Source: an uncultured cyanobacterium
Lineage (GTDB): Bacteria > Cyanobacteriota > Cyanobacteriia > Cyanobacteriales > Cyanobacteriaceae
Direction of reading: 5' to 3'
DNA length: 64,000 nucleotides
Assembly: GCA_963710605.1 (NCBI GenBank)
Contig: CAVQBA010000002.1
Span: 184,785-248,784, forward strand
This document shows, piece by piece, positions 63,342-64,000 of this stretch (positions within the stretch are counted from its first letter, which is position 1; each line of letters starts with the position of its first letter). A program made the translations under genes and the position numbers. The notes beneath the pieces are model-generated. The model did no database searches, had not been told where the DNA came from, and saw only the letters and a program-made list of their open reading frames with translations.

Positions 63342-64000
63342 TCATACTTCACAGTTAGTTTTAGTATCTACCGTTGGAATAGTTTCTAATGTCTTACCTA
63401 ATTTTAACCTTGCCATTTGCCATGCGTGTAAAGATTCACGAAATTGCTCATCTTCATAACGGGGCATTTTTTCAAACATTGCCTGAAAATAACCAACGAC
63501 GATCAAAATTCCACCAATAATATAAGGTTTTTCAAACATACGATACAAACCAATAGCGAAAATATAGAGGATATGTGTTCCCATAAAATATTGACCTCGT
63601 CCCCATCTTAGTCTGCCTGTGGTTATTCCTTTCTCTGATGAGCCCATTAATCTTTGATGAATAAAAACCAAATTTGGTTCATCAATACTACGTGTTCTCC
63701 ATCCTTTCATTCTGGCACGATGATAAGCGATTCCGTCCCAATGTACTTGTCTAACCAAACCACCTATCTCATCAAAACACTGACGACGATAAAAATTGAT
63801 TTGTCCTGCTACCATTTCGTCTGACATTCTTTCGATGCTTAGTTTGCCATCTTCTAATAAGTAAGGTTTGCCACTAGCTGAACCTAAATAAGGATCGTTC
63901 TCGAAGTATTCTAATAAGGTTGAGAAGTATTCTGGCTCAAATTCTAAATCGCCGTCTAATTTACCAATAAAATCATAGTCTTTGGTATTTAATCTTTCGT
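63342..64000 (-). CDS. GT2-family glycosyltransferase, 5' end outside the window
   Basis: Frame open to the window edge. GKLDGDLEF DxD motif, YRRQCFDEIGG, WDGI. Confidence 0.8.
   Translation of the reverse strand, partial: ERLNTKDYDFIGKLDGDLEFEPEYFSTLLEYFENDPYLGSASGKPYLLEDGKLSIERMSDEMVAGQINFYRRQCFDEIGGLVRQVHWDGIAYHRARMKGWRTRSIDEPNLVFIHQRLMGSSEKGITTGRLRWGRGQYFMGTHILYIFAIGLYRMFEKPYIIGGILIVVGYFQAMFEKMPRYEDEQFRESLHAWQMARLKLGKTLETIPTVDTKTNCEV

Overview
This is a low-GC cyanobacterial chromosome segment. petE, btpA, sigF, a VKOR-thioredoxin fusion, pilA, abundant CGATCG, heptamer STRRs and REP hairpins support that; the Geminocystis/Cyanobacterium group is a guess. Housekeeping genes (rimM, murC, murB, rpoZ, SRP RNA, cobK/cbiJ, PGM/PMM, aminotransferase) alternate with three accessory zones. 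(1) About 17.0-24.2 kb: MazEF-type and YefM-YoeB toxin-antitoxin pairs, a PEP-CTERM gene, nested MITEs, a decayed copy of a response-regulator 3' end, a 42-bp tandem array, and a translationally coupled three-gene operon (TIGR04255-like, XRE-HTH, PemK/MazF-like). That operon is the best candidate for an undescribed toxin or defence system. (2) About 38.9-51.6 kb: a type IV pilin locus with a SPINDLY/O-GlcNAc-transferase-like gene, converging on gmd and a 2147-aa protein with seven methyltransferase or glycosyltransferase domains. (3) About 51.9-56.9 kb: a mosaic DUF29/Uma2 array containing an ~806-bp direct repeat. Seven genes carry single-base frameshifts, six of them +1, which suggests uncorrected assembly errors. 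All family calls come from recognising motifs by eye; no searches were run.
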